From: Selaginella moellendorffii
Lineage: Eukaryota; Plantae; Lycopodiophyta
Reading direction: 5' to 3'
DNA: 64,000 bases
Assembly: GCF_000143415.4 (NCBI RefSeq)
Contig: NW_003314335.1
Location: forward strand, 650,113 to 714,112
Part shown: one piece after another, positions 1-10,345 of the stretch
How positions within the stretch are numbered: position 1 is the stretch's first letter
Layout of the letters: every line of letters starts with the position of its first letter
Made by a program: the position numbers and the translations under genes
The notes under the pieces: model-generated
Databases searched by the model: none
What the model was told of the DNA's origin: nothing
Seen by the model: the letters and a program-made list of their open reading frames with translations, nothing else

Positions 1-1267
1 AATCTACCTTCACCAGCAGCAATCAGAGACAAAGCATGAGCAGGTGATAGGACAACCTCTTCCTTGATACCCTCGACATAAGTTCCCTTTCAGCACAAAT
101 AGAACATCAAGGTAAGGTTAGTCATAATAATCTCGCAGTAGTACCTGAGCATCTTCTCTGACTCGTAAATTTTGTCCTGCCGGATCCAGCAAGTCGTTGA
201 TCACCTACAAAACATGGACATTTAGTCAAGCTTGACAGAAACGCTACGTACCTCATTGTAAATCTCAAGATAAGATACGCGCAGAAGGAACTCCCGTCCC
301 GGAGTCTACAGGTAGATCTTTAAGGAACCAAACTCATTGCAGAATCGAAACTTACATACATCCTGGATAATGCTGAAGACGTCCTTCACCGCCAAAGGTA
401 TGATGCCAGGGCTTTTCTGATCACCCTGATCAAAAGAACGGCTTATAAATTCCGGAAACAGCCAGTCTGGATGCTTACATGCATGGTGTGAGTCTTGCCA
501 CTGCTGGTAACACCATAGGCGAATACTGTTCCTGTAGAAACAAATTCACGTAAGAACAAAAATCTGATAAAGCAGGAGCTCTTCACCACAAACCATTTAC
601 ACCCTGCATAGCAGCTGCCACAACATGTTGCGCGGCGATGTCGTAAACGCCTCTCGTCGTTGTAGCGGGGCCGAAAACTCGATCTATCAAAACAAGAAAA
701 AAAACAAAGAATGAATTCATAGTCTTGGATAAAGGAAAACTAACCAAAAGCGTAGAATGTAGCCAGATTGTATTCGCTCCTTACAGTCGTGTCACCATCG
801 GCATACCAGGCAACTTCATCACCCTTTTGGATTTCTCTAGAACTGAGACAAATAAAAACAAAAGGACTTGAATCAATGCATGAAACTTTCGATCGATCTT
901 ACCTCAATGGCCGAAAGCGAACGGTCACGGAGATGCTCTCCTTGGCCCTGTTGATAAACTCCACTCTATCAAACATTGACGAGGAAGAAGAAGGCGTGAA
1001 AGGACTGGAACCCCCATTGAAGGAAGAGTACTTCATCGATGGAGGGGTCATGAGAGCCTGGCTGCTACTCCTGGATCTAGTCGGCGTGAGAGACCTGTGG
1101 CTACCACCGCCGCCACCACCGAGAGAGGCTCTACCAGTCGACGACGGCGAAGAAATGGAGGACGGCGAGGCGGGCTGGAATCCAGGGATTCTACCATTCA
1201 CTGACGACGGCCTTCTAAATCTAAACGGGGAGCTAGATCTTCTCGACGATGCCGAAGTAGAAGCCAT
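1..1267 (-). CDS. Kinesin-7 (CENP-E-like) motor protein, 5' part; multi-exon, continues beyond the window start
   Basis: Ser-rich N-terminus followed by ISVTVRFRPL; downstream exons give the P-loop GTVFAYGVTSSGKTHTMH and FLLRVSYLEIYNE; GT-AG introns. Confidence 0.9.
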
Positions 1268-2439
1268 CTATCTTTCCCTCTCGCGGCCGGATTATCCCCA
1301 CCCAATGCGCGACAAGCCTGATCCACAAATCGAGGCATCGATCAGACACAAGCACGGATCGCCTGGAAGAAATGCTGGCATTCGCTCACCTCACCAGCGC
1401 ACCGAGAAAAACCATGTCCTAGCCCTGAGAGAACAACGCCACGGATCGAACGGCAGCGCCTGACAGGCGTCAGTCGCCATGTGTGGATCGCGGTGGCGGC
1501 GCGCGAGCGAGCGCGAGCAGATCGATCGGCCCTAAGCTACACGGGGGCGGCGGTGGCGGTGACGGCGGCAGCCTGGCGGCGGCGGCAAATCTCCTCTCCC
1601 TCCGCCTAGCTCGCGCTTTTAGTGTTTTTGTAAATGACCTCGCCAGGGCCTAATCCGACGGCTCACAGCCCCCCAAATTCAAATCGTTTAGGGGTCTCCA
1701 TCCAACGGCTGTAAGCGCGTGCGCCGGCCGGGCCGGTGGCGCCACCGACAGCAGCCGGTCGGCATGGAACTCCTTTCCCGCCACCATCAAGACCAAGATT
1801 GGCATATTCCCCGCTGCCAAGAGTAGAATCTTCACATGATGTCCATGTTGATTTTTATGTTGTATTTGCTCCAAGACATGCGCTCCAAGCGAATTAGTTG
1901 GCATTCTTTTTGTTGGCATGCAAATGAATGCCACCTGAATCAAAGCCAGTCAATTATTTCACTGTTGCTTTAGTTGGTTTCCTTTGGCTTTTTCTTCCTC
2001 TTTTTTTTTTGAGTTTCTTGATATTTCTCACCCCAAAGTCAAAACTAGAGGCAGAAGAAGCAGTTTTTAGTGAATGAAAAAAAAAAAAAGGAAAGGGGAG
2101 AAAAGGCATGCATGTGAGGAGTGGCAGAAGCCAACCAAGACATTGCCCAATTCTCTGACAAAGAAAAATTGCAAACACCAAAGATACTGCAAGCGAATGT
2201 GAAAGCCCACCCACATTTTGTGGAAAATGGAGATCAGAAGAAGGGAAGAAAGGGAAGATATTCAGACATTTTTGTTTGCTTCTCCAAGTGTTGCTTTCAT
2301 GTGCTATCTAAGCCATTACTAAGAAGTGCTAATTAACAATTTAGAATCATTGGTCTCTCTAGCTGACAAACAAACAACATGAGCTCCAAGATCAAAGGAA
2401 TAGAATTTAGTGATGATACTTTAGAATTTAAGAGATTCT

Positions 2440-3414
2440 TTATTTGTTTGGCATTGTTTCTAGCCTTCCATTAAAATGTCTTGGCCAAAATCTGGCCAAG
2501 CTCTGGCTGAAATCAACTTGAACCCACCGGTCATCAATCAGCAAGCCTCCCTTTCCGCCAACTTTCACGTAAGCCTCCTCACAAGACTCCCTGTTTGCAA
2601 ACTCAATGAAACCATAGCAGAGGCTCTCCCCAGTCTTGTGATCCCGAATAATGCTCGCCTCCGCCACCTTTCCAAACCTCTGGAATATGAGCCCCAGGTC
2701 CTCCTCCTCCGTCACCCTGTTGAGATTCCTCGCAAACAGGACGTTTTCCGGGGGCTTCATCTCCGCATCTGGAATATCCCCCACCATCTCGAGCACCACG
2801 GCTCTGCTCCGCGCCTCCCGAGCTCTGTTCTCGATCTCCATCTTTGTCTCGTCGATCGTAGGGTTCCAACCATCGTCCAGAGTTGTCACGACGTTTTTCT
2901 GCTCGCATGGCGGAATCTTTAGCGAGTAAAGCCCTTCCGGATCATCGAATGGATCGTCCAGGATAGCAACGCTCTTGATCCGGATGTCCTTGTACGGCCT
3001 GAAGCTTTCATTAACGTACGCCTCGTTGATCTTCTCTAGGGTGTCGAGACCCTCCGCCACCTTTCCAAACACGACGTGTTTCTCATCCAGGTATTCCAAA
3101 CCATGGCCTCTTGTGGCGATGTAGAACTGCGAGCCATTGGGGTTTGGCGTCGCCACCATTCCAATATCATCGTGCTTCATACTCGATTTTCCAGCTGGGC
3201 TATCTCTCCCCAGCAATTTGAAGATGGAGTCGCCACCAGATCCCGCGCCGGTTGGATCGCCTGCTTGCGCTACAAAATCCCTTTGGACGCTGTGAAATAA
3301 GCAGCCGTCGTAGTATTTGATCTTGCAAAGCTTTAGAAAGCTGTATGCTACCTGGCTTTGACAATCTAGATCGATTACAAGATCGCCCAGGCTGGTGGTC
3401 ACAAGCACGGCCAT
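2440..3414 (-). CDS. CYP59: Cyclophilin-RRM protein (CYP59/PPIL4-like), intronless and C-terminally short
   Basis: MAVLVTTSLGDLVIDL, FLKLCKIKYY, QAGDPTG, GSQFYI, KHVVFGKVAEG; RRM PPENVLFARNLN...SLCYGFIEF...LIDDRWVQVDFSQS. ATG at 3414 chosen over the upstream TTG. Confidence 0.85.
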   Translation of the reverse strand: MAVLVTTSLGDLVIDLDCQSQVAYSFLKLCKIKYYDGCLFHSVQRDFVAQAGDPTGAGSGGDSIFKLLGRDSPAGKSSMKHDDIGMVATPNPNGSQFYIATRGHGLEYLDEKHVVFGKVAEGLDTLEKINEAYVNESFRPYKDIRIKSVAILDDPFDDPEGLYSLKIPPCEQKNVVTTLDDGWNPTIDETKMEIENRAREARSRAVVLEMVGDIPDAEMKPPENVLFARNLNRVTEEEDLGLIFQRFGKVAEASIIRDHKTGESLCYGFIEFANRESCEEAYVKVGGKGGLLIDDRWVQVDFSQSLARFWPRHFNGRLETMPNK

Positions 3415-4602
3415 TGTGAATGCAAAAGGATGTCGTGTGTGGGCTTTTGTAAACGCAGCCTTTTGGCCCAAACGAATATTCTAAGTATATGCTATTATGT
3501 GAACGTTGAAGATTAGGTTTTCCTCTTTTTTTGGCAGTCTAGAAATACTTCCGAGCGCGACGCGATCTAGGTAGAGGAGCTCCCGATCGAAGCGCCGGAG
3601 CTCGACTTCAGCAATCAAATGCAGCAGTGCTAGAGTCCCGCGGCCTCAATCAGGTATCTCCCTACCGATCGATATTTCGGGCTTAGCGCAGTCCGATCGA
3701 ACGGATTCTAGTCCTCAAGCGCAGTAGCTAACCTCGCAGCGATTCCGGAGCGGCATGGTGGATCAGGTTTTGTTCTGCCGCTCTTGTTTCTTTCGGTAAT
3801 AATCCCTTCTAAATCGTCTCGCCATTACAGCCAAAGCTTGTCATGGACAGAGGATATGGAGCTGTCCCCGGCGGCCTCTCCGGTGGGCGAGCAATCACTC
3901 AAAAGAAACTTGTAACACAGGCATGAGAAGGTGCGTTTGTTCTTTCTTTTCTAAGATCAAGCAGCTTGCTGCGTGATTTTTTGTTCGCTTTGAGATGGCT
4001 GAATTTCTATTTCACTTCATCGAAATGCCAACGTCAATCTTGCACTACAAATTTTTCAAGCTCGGCATTCTCGACATTCTCGACATATTGAAGTGTTTGC
4101 AAGTTCTAGTTCCCTTGCAAGCAAGTGTTTTTCTTTCTGATTTGTAGCATTCTCATCAGGTGTCTCTTCCTTGGATCTCTCTGAGCGGTTTTCTGTGTAC
4201 CATCGATCAGGCTGAGCAGTAACAACGCTGACATTCTTCCATTTCACAGCCAGTCCACTCTCAATACGTCCTCCAGGTAATAAATTTTCATTGTAAGGCA
4301 CTTCATAGTTCATAGCAGGTGTTTTTTTCTTGCATTTTGTGGACATCTACGATTCGTCATCGAGTTTTTGCAACCAGAGCTCATACAGTAGCGAGTAGCG
4401 GTGTAAGTTATTTCACAACTTTGGCTTTGGACGATTTATTTTATTTTTTCATTTTTCGGCCTCTTTTTTTGTGTTGCAGGCCCGAGAAAATGCCTCGAAA
4501 GCACTATCGAAAAAAGAAATTCACTCCAAAGAAAAGGATTGTTCGGTATGGAAAAGTTTTGATAATCAATTTTACTCTCTTCGTAGTCTGGTTTTCTAAC
4601 CC

Positions 4603-7600
4603 ATGCGATGCCGCCTCACTCGTCTGGGTTGCGATGGTGTCCCTCCCTGGAAGAGATTCCACTACCCGGGCACCTGGGCAGCCACAAACTCTTCTTCCTC
4701 CCAAGCGCTGCTGCTCTCCTCCATCCGGGCACTCCAAGCTTGCGCCATCGCCAGAGATCTCGAGCTGGGCAGGCTCCTCCACTCGAGCTCTCGCCTCCGC
4801 GGCCTCCACCACAACGTCTATGTCGCCAACACGCTCATCGCCATGTACGCGAAGTGTGGCAGCATGGTGGAATCCCAGTCCGTCTTTGATGCCATGGCCT
4901 CCCCTGAGCTCGTCTCGTGGAACGCTCTCATCTCCGGCTATGCCACTAACGGCGACAGCGAGCTCGCGCTGGAGCTCTTCTCGCGTCTTGGCGATGGCGT
5001 CGTCGCCGCCTTCCAGCCCAATGCGAGGACTTTCCTGGCGGCTCTCGTGGCGTGCTCGAGCCTGGCAGCCAAGGAAGATGGTCAGTGGATCGGTGGGAAG
5101 ATCGTTAAGTTGAAGTACCTGGAGAGAGCAATGGAGATCCACGCCCGAGCTAGCCGGTGCTGCGACGACACGGATGTTTTCGTTGCCAATGCTCTCGTCG
5201 ACTTGTACGCCAAGTGTGGCAGCCTGGACGACGCCAAGAGAGTGTTCTTCCGCAGCATCCCGATTCCCAGCGTCGTGTCTTGGACGTGTCTCATCGCTGG
5301 CTGTGCCGAGAACGACCATGGCGAGGAGGCTCTCGAGTTCTTCGACCGCATGCAGCGCGAGGGGTGCCGTCCAAACTCTCGGACTTTCGTTGCGGCGCTC
5401 ACGGCCTGCTCCAGTCTGGCTGAGAGGCTTGGACGAGCCGAGTGCTTGGAGAAGGCTCGAGTGATCCACTCCCAGGCCGCGGCTCTCGGCTACGATCGCA
5501 GCGAAACGTTTGTAGCGAACAGTCTGGTCGACGTCTACTCCAAGCTCGGCTCCATGGCGGACGCACAGGCGGTGTTTGACGGCATGGATCGCCGGGACGT
5601 CGTCTCGTGGAACTCCCTGATGCTCGGATATGAGGAGAAAGGTGACAGCGGCAAGGCCCTCGAGTTGTTCGACCGGATGGAAGACGAAGATGGCGGCGGC
5701 TGCGAGCCGAATACCCGGACACTCGTCGCTGTGCTGAATATCTGCTGTGGACTCCTGGCTCGAGAGGTGGCCGAGAGCGTTGCTGGAAAGGCCAGCTGCT
5801 TGGAGAGAGTCGTGGCTGTCCACTCGAGAGCTGCGAAGACGAGCTGTGCAGCGGACATGTTCCTGGCCAACAGTCTGATCCACGCCTACGCGAAGTGTGG
5901 CCGCATGCCCGAGGCTCGCGAAGTTTTCGACCGGATGCTCCGCCGGAACGTTGTGTCATGGACGTTTCTCATCCTGGGATACGTCGACAACGGGGACAAC
6001 AAGCTGGCTCTCGAGGCTTTTGCTTCCATGGAGCTGGAGAAGTGTCCGGTGGACTCTCGGTGCTTGGTCGCTGCTCTCAGGGCCTGCAACACACGAGACG
6101 GGAAAGCTTGTAAGCTCGAGTCACTGAGAAACGGGATGGCTGTTCACTCTAAAGCAGTGAAGAGTGGTCACGACTCTAATCCTTACGTAGCGAGTACCTT
6201 GATCGACATGTACGCCGGTTGTGGCAGCATGGCGGATGCTCGGCGTGTGTTCGACCGGATGCCGACGCACGACGTTGTTTCCTGGACGGCTTTGGTGCTC
6301 GGCTTTGCTGACAACGAAGAAGCCGCCCTGGCACTGGAGCTCTTCGAAGAAATGGGGACCAGAGGCTGCTCGCCGAATGCTCTCACGTATGTCTCGGCCC
6401 TGACGGCATGCGTTGCTCTGGCGGACGAAGAGGACGGCCGGGATATCCGAGGAAAGTTGGTGAAGATGGAGTCCTTGGAGAAAGGAAGAGCGCTTCACTC
6501 TCGTTGTCAAAGCGGTGGATTTGATGCCGAAGTCATGGTGGCCAACAGTTTAGTGGAGATGTACTCGAAGTGTGGAAGTATGGACGATGCGAGGAAGGTG
6601 TTTGACGGCATGGCTCGCCACACGGTTGTGTCCTGGACTGTCTTGATCCTTGGCTACGTCGAAAACGGCGAGAACGACCAAGCGTTAAAGGCTTACGAGT
6701 CGATGAGATCGTCCCAGAGTTGTATTCCGGATGCTCGGATTTACGTTGTTGCTCTCATGGCCTGCGCGAACTCCGGAGCTATAGAGGATAATGGTCTAGA
6801 AGTTGATGGAGTCGTCGTAAAACCGAAAAGCTTGGAGAAAGGAATGCTCGTCCACTCTCAGGCAGCAGCACAGGGACTGCAAACCGACACTTTCGTGGCC
6901 AATAGCTTAGTTGCCATGTACTGCAAGTGTGGAAGCTTACTTGATGCTCGCATGGTCTTTGACAGGATGCCAGTCTCAACTGTTGTGTCGTGGACGGCCT
7001 TGATTCTCGCGCACGCTGAAAACGCACAAGCCGAGTTAGCACTGGAGTTCTTCAAGGCAATCCAAAGTGACAAAACCTGTGAACTCGACTCCAGGGCTTA
7101 CATTGCAGCACTCGTGGCGTGTGGAGCTCTGACCGCACTCGAGGCTGGAAGACGAATCCATGCAGAAGTTTGCAAGCGGGGTTTCGACGGCGAAGTCTAC
7201 GTTGCAAACGCTCTTGTCGACTTCTACGCCAAGTGTGGAAGCATGGACGAAGCAATGGCAGTCTTCGACTCGCACAAAGGCAGGAACCTCGTCACTTGGA
7301 GTGCTCTGGTAGCAGGATACGCCCGGCAAGGAGGAGAAACGAACCGAGTGCTTGACATGTTTGAGAAGATGCCACAGCAGTGCTGCATCTCCTCCTTGTC
7401 GGTTCTCACAGCGTGCAGCCACGCCGGTCTTGTCCACAGAGGGAAGGAATGCTTCCAGGCGATGCAGCAAAGGCAAGGAACCAGGCCTTGGATTGAGCAT
7501 TACCACTGTGTGATAGACATGCTGGGACGAGCAAACCACCTGAAAGAAGCAATGGCAGTGATCTCCAAAATGCCATACAAACCGACCGTGGTTACCTGGA

Positions 7601-7800
7601 CGACGGTGCTAAGCGCGTGTGAGAAGTGGAAGAACGTTGCTGTTGGACGCATCGCGTTTGAGTCACTGCTAAGCTTGGACGAGAACCAGCCCGCGGCTTA
7701 CGTGCTCATGGCAAACATCTACAAGAGCGCTGGGATGCGTGGCGAGGAGCTTGCGGCAATGACACTGGGAAAGCGTTCTACACAACAAGAAAACGCATGA
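4603..7800 (+). CDS. PLS-class pentatricopeptide repeat protein ending in an E domain, no DYW domain
   Basis: 1065-aa single-exon ORF with repeated P-L-S triplets (VANSLVDxYxKCGS / VVSWTxLI) and a terminal E motif (PTVVTWTTVLSAC...AAYVLMANIY). Confidence 0.93.
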   Translation: MRCRLTRLGCDGVPPWKRFHYPGTWAATNSSSSQALLLSSIRALQACAIARDLELGRLLHSSSRLRGLHHNVYVANTLIAMYAKCGSMVESQSVFDAMASPELVSWNALISGYATNGDSELALELFSRLGDGVVAAFQPNARTFLAALVACSSLAAKEDGQWIGGKIVKLKYLERAMEIHARASRCCDDTDVFVANALVDLYAKCGSLDDAKRVFFRSIPIPSVVSWTCLIAGCAENDHGEEALEFFDRMQREGCRPNSRTFVAALTACSSLAERLGRAECLEKARVIHSQAAALGYDRSETFVANSLVDVYSKLGSMADAQAVFDGMDRRDVVSWNSLMLGYEEKGDSGKALELFDRMEDEDGGGCEPNTRTLVAVLNICCGLLAREVAESVAGKASCLERVVAVHSRAAKTSCAADMFLANSLIHAYAKCGRMPEAREVFDRMLRRNVVSWTFLILGYVDNGDNKLALEAFASMELEKCPVDSRCLVAALRACNTRDGKACKLESLRNGMAVHSKAVKSGHDSNPYVASTLIDMYAGCGSMADARRVFDRMPTHDVVSWTALVLGFADNEEAALALELFEEMGTRGCSPNALTYVSALTACVALADEEDGRDIRGKLVKMESLEKGRALHSRCQSGGFDAEVMVANSLVEMYSKCGSMDDARKVFDGMARHTVVSWTVLILGYVENGENDQALKAYESMRSSQSCIPDARIYVVALMACANSGAIEDNGLEVDGVVVKPKSLEKGMLVHSQAAAQGLQTDTFVANSLVAMYCKCGSLLDARMVFDRMPVSTVVSWTALILAHAENAQAELALEFFKAIQSDKTCELDSRAYIAALVACGALTALEAGRRIHAEVCKRGFDGEVYVANALVDFYAKCGSMDEAMAVFDSHKGRNLVTWSALVAGYARQGGETNRVLDMFEKMPQQCCISSLSVLTACSHAGLVHRGKECFQAMQQRQGTRPWIEHYHCVIDMLGRANHLKEAMAVISKMPYKPTVVTWTTVLSACEKWKNVAVGRIAFESLLSLDENQPAAYVLMANIYKSAGMRGEELAAMTLGKRSTQQENA

Positions 7801-8181
7801 GCTCGAAAGAAATCCTTGAAAGAGTTCCAAACCCCATCGCTTCCAAGCATTGCCTTCTCAAACACCGAGATCACTCACCCGAGGCTGAGCGTTAGCGAAA
7901 TCCTAGGCGCATGCCAGGGATTCTCGAGTAAAATGTAGACGACCGGACGAAGATTACCTCAATTCCTTGATATTTTTGCGCTCCACGATCGCGGATTCCA
8001 TGATATTTCCGCGCATTCTTGCGCGACGATCGCGCTAAAACCTGGCACTTGGCGCATTCCAGCTCACGAGCGTATTCCAGCTTACGATCGCATGCGCTCG
8101 CGCATGAGGATCGCAAAAACCCTGGGAGAAGTAAGAACCCTAAAGAAATATATTTACATTTAAGCGACGTAACGTATATTA

Positions 8182-10103
8182 TTAACAGCCACTGGGCCTA
8201 TAGTAGTCTGGAGGGACGCTTGGACACCTCTCGTCCATGGAGGCGTAAGGCACCAGGGTGTTATAGTCCGGCAATTCCATCCTATACGTCCCCAAGATCT
8301 GGCAGAATGGAAGAGGAGGATCATCGTGAGCATTACACCATTTTGGCAGCCGCGAAGAATTCTTCTCGAAGAAGCTCAGCATGTATGCGTCACGGATCTG
8401 GAAGCAAAGAGAAGAACTCTCGTCACTCTCACTCAAGCTAGAAGGAAGAAGAAGGAAGCGAGCACTTACCGTGAACTCGGTGACTTGGATGGAGCTTGCG
8501 AGCTCTCCAAACAATCCAGCTTCTTTGTACATTTGGAGGACGAACGCGACGCAGGACGTCGACTTGCCGTCGCTGTAAATCCAATCGTCCTTCTCTGGAA
8601 TGGCCAGAAGCTCCTCGAATGGAATGCCTCGATGCTCGGCTTCTCTCATCACGCCGGGAAGATCCAGCCCCTGGTAGCACAAAAAACATGAACAAGTTTT
8701 CCACTTTTCTCATCGAAACTAAGTCATACCTGAGTGTCGAGACGCTTGTTGAGAGCTTCATTCCACATATTGGCAGCATACTCTGGTTGGAGTCGAGTCC
8801 AGACCGTGAGCACCGAAGCCACCTATCCCAACCGAGAAAATGTGTCAACAAGCTTTGGAAACTAAAGCTCTCTTACCAGGTTTGAGTCCAGCTGAGGAGG
8901 ATAGTTGTCTACCGGAGTGTCAATCCAGCTGAAGATCATGTTATGGTAACCATATGGCTTGCCATCCATGCTCCGCGCGTATTCCCAGGCGGCAGTAAGA
9001 TTGAACTTTTCTCGCATCGCCGAGCTGAGAGGCAACACAACAATATGAGGATTCGCATCGTCTGCTAGCTGCTGCTTCCACCAGTCATCCCAAGTTAAGA
9101 CAGCAATTATCTCTTGACCCTGCCACACAAGAGAATGAAAATCAAGATAACCACCAAGAAGAAACGCTTGTTTACCTCTTTGTTTTCGTGCCCGGACTCT
9201 CCAACCCACAGCTTTCCTTGTTCGTCCCTGAGAGCAAACGCAGTGTGCCCAGCGTAAGCTCCCGTGACCCATTTCTCCAAAGTTTCAAAGCCTCCCCAAC
9301 GTCCTCGTATCTTGGAGAGCGCCAGAAAGTCACCAGACTGGATATCGTCGGTGCTGAAGTTCGACATGCTTTGCGGACGCTCCACAAACTTAGTTTTCAT
9401 ATGCCTCTTCAAGAACTCGATGTTGGCATCTTGTCCCCAGCCGGTGTTTGAGAAAATCGGCAGCACGTCCCACAGAGCCATCAAAGTTCCAAGCATGCCG
9501 GCCTTCATCAAAAACACCGAAATTCCCTTGTCTTTCACCTGGAAGAGAACTGTCAGCATTTTTCTTGTCAATCTCACTTACATAATCAAGCTCTCCTTCT
9601 TGCCATTCTTTGATCTCCATGGTGTGCGTGCGGCCAATGAAGTAGTAGTCCCAAGTAACTCGGTAAGGAGTGGCAAAGATATACAAGTCCATACATGTCC
9701 AACTGTGAGCATTGCTTGTCTGGAACGAAACCACGACTGTTCTAAGACATGACAAAAAAAAAGAAGAGAAGAACACCAACATTCTTCCTTAAGAACATAC
9801 CTTGATATATAAAATGCCCCCTCCAGAGCTATTGGCCTCCTTTGGCTCCGTGAATTCCAGCCATGCCTCGTTCTTGTAGAAGCAGGCACCTTTCCAGCTG
9901 CTCAAATTCCTGTCCGAGGGAGACGACACTGCCGCTACGAACTCCGGCAGCAAATCCACCGCGTTGTGCAGCCGGTTGAGCGTCGGCCATGCAATCCCGT
10001 GCGGCAGCGCCGGGAGAACGTCGCGCGGATGGAATGGCAGCAGCGGCAGCGATCGCGCGGGCGCGCCGAGGATCATGAGAAGCAGTAGCAGCAGCAGCTC
10101 CAT
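8182..10103 (-). CDS. Uncharacterised secreted plant protein (At1g70160/At4g27020-like family), multi-exon
   Basis: Signal peptide MELLLLLLLMILGAPARS; family-type blocks LPFHPRDVLP, HSWTCMDLYIFATPYRVTWDYYF, GRWGGFETLEKWVTG, GKPYGYHNMIFSWIDT, STSCVAF. Confidence 0.8.
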
Positions 10104-10323
10104 CGATCGCGCCCCGGCGCCCTCGCCCCTGCAAAAAATCTACCTCTAGGGCTCTTCCCTCCAAGCTTGCGTGCCGTATAATAAATGAGGCCCATCCGTA
10201 CAATATAGACGAATATCCCACTAGCTAATGCGAATCTTTTCAAAAAAGGATTTAAAACAGGCTTATGACTTAAACCATGTACTTAGCACTAAAACGAAAG
10301 GCATCATTGGTAGATTCTCGATT

Positions 10324-10340
10324 TTAGGGTTTAGGGTTTT
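10324..10340. promoter_or_regulatory. Tandem telo-box (AAACCCTA-type) directly upstream of NOP56 in a short divergent promoter
   Basis: ttagggtttagggtttt just before the ATG at 10346; telo-boxes are typical of plant ribosome-biogenesis genes. Confidence 0.6.
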
Positions 10341-10345
10341 TCGGC

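Noticed and set aside
768-1463. 231-aa plus-strand ORF
   Set aside because: Antisense shadow of the Ser-rich kinesin exon; no independent motifs
4504-5883. 459-aa minus-strand ORF
   Set aside because: Antisense frame of the GC-rich PPR; such shadows are expected
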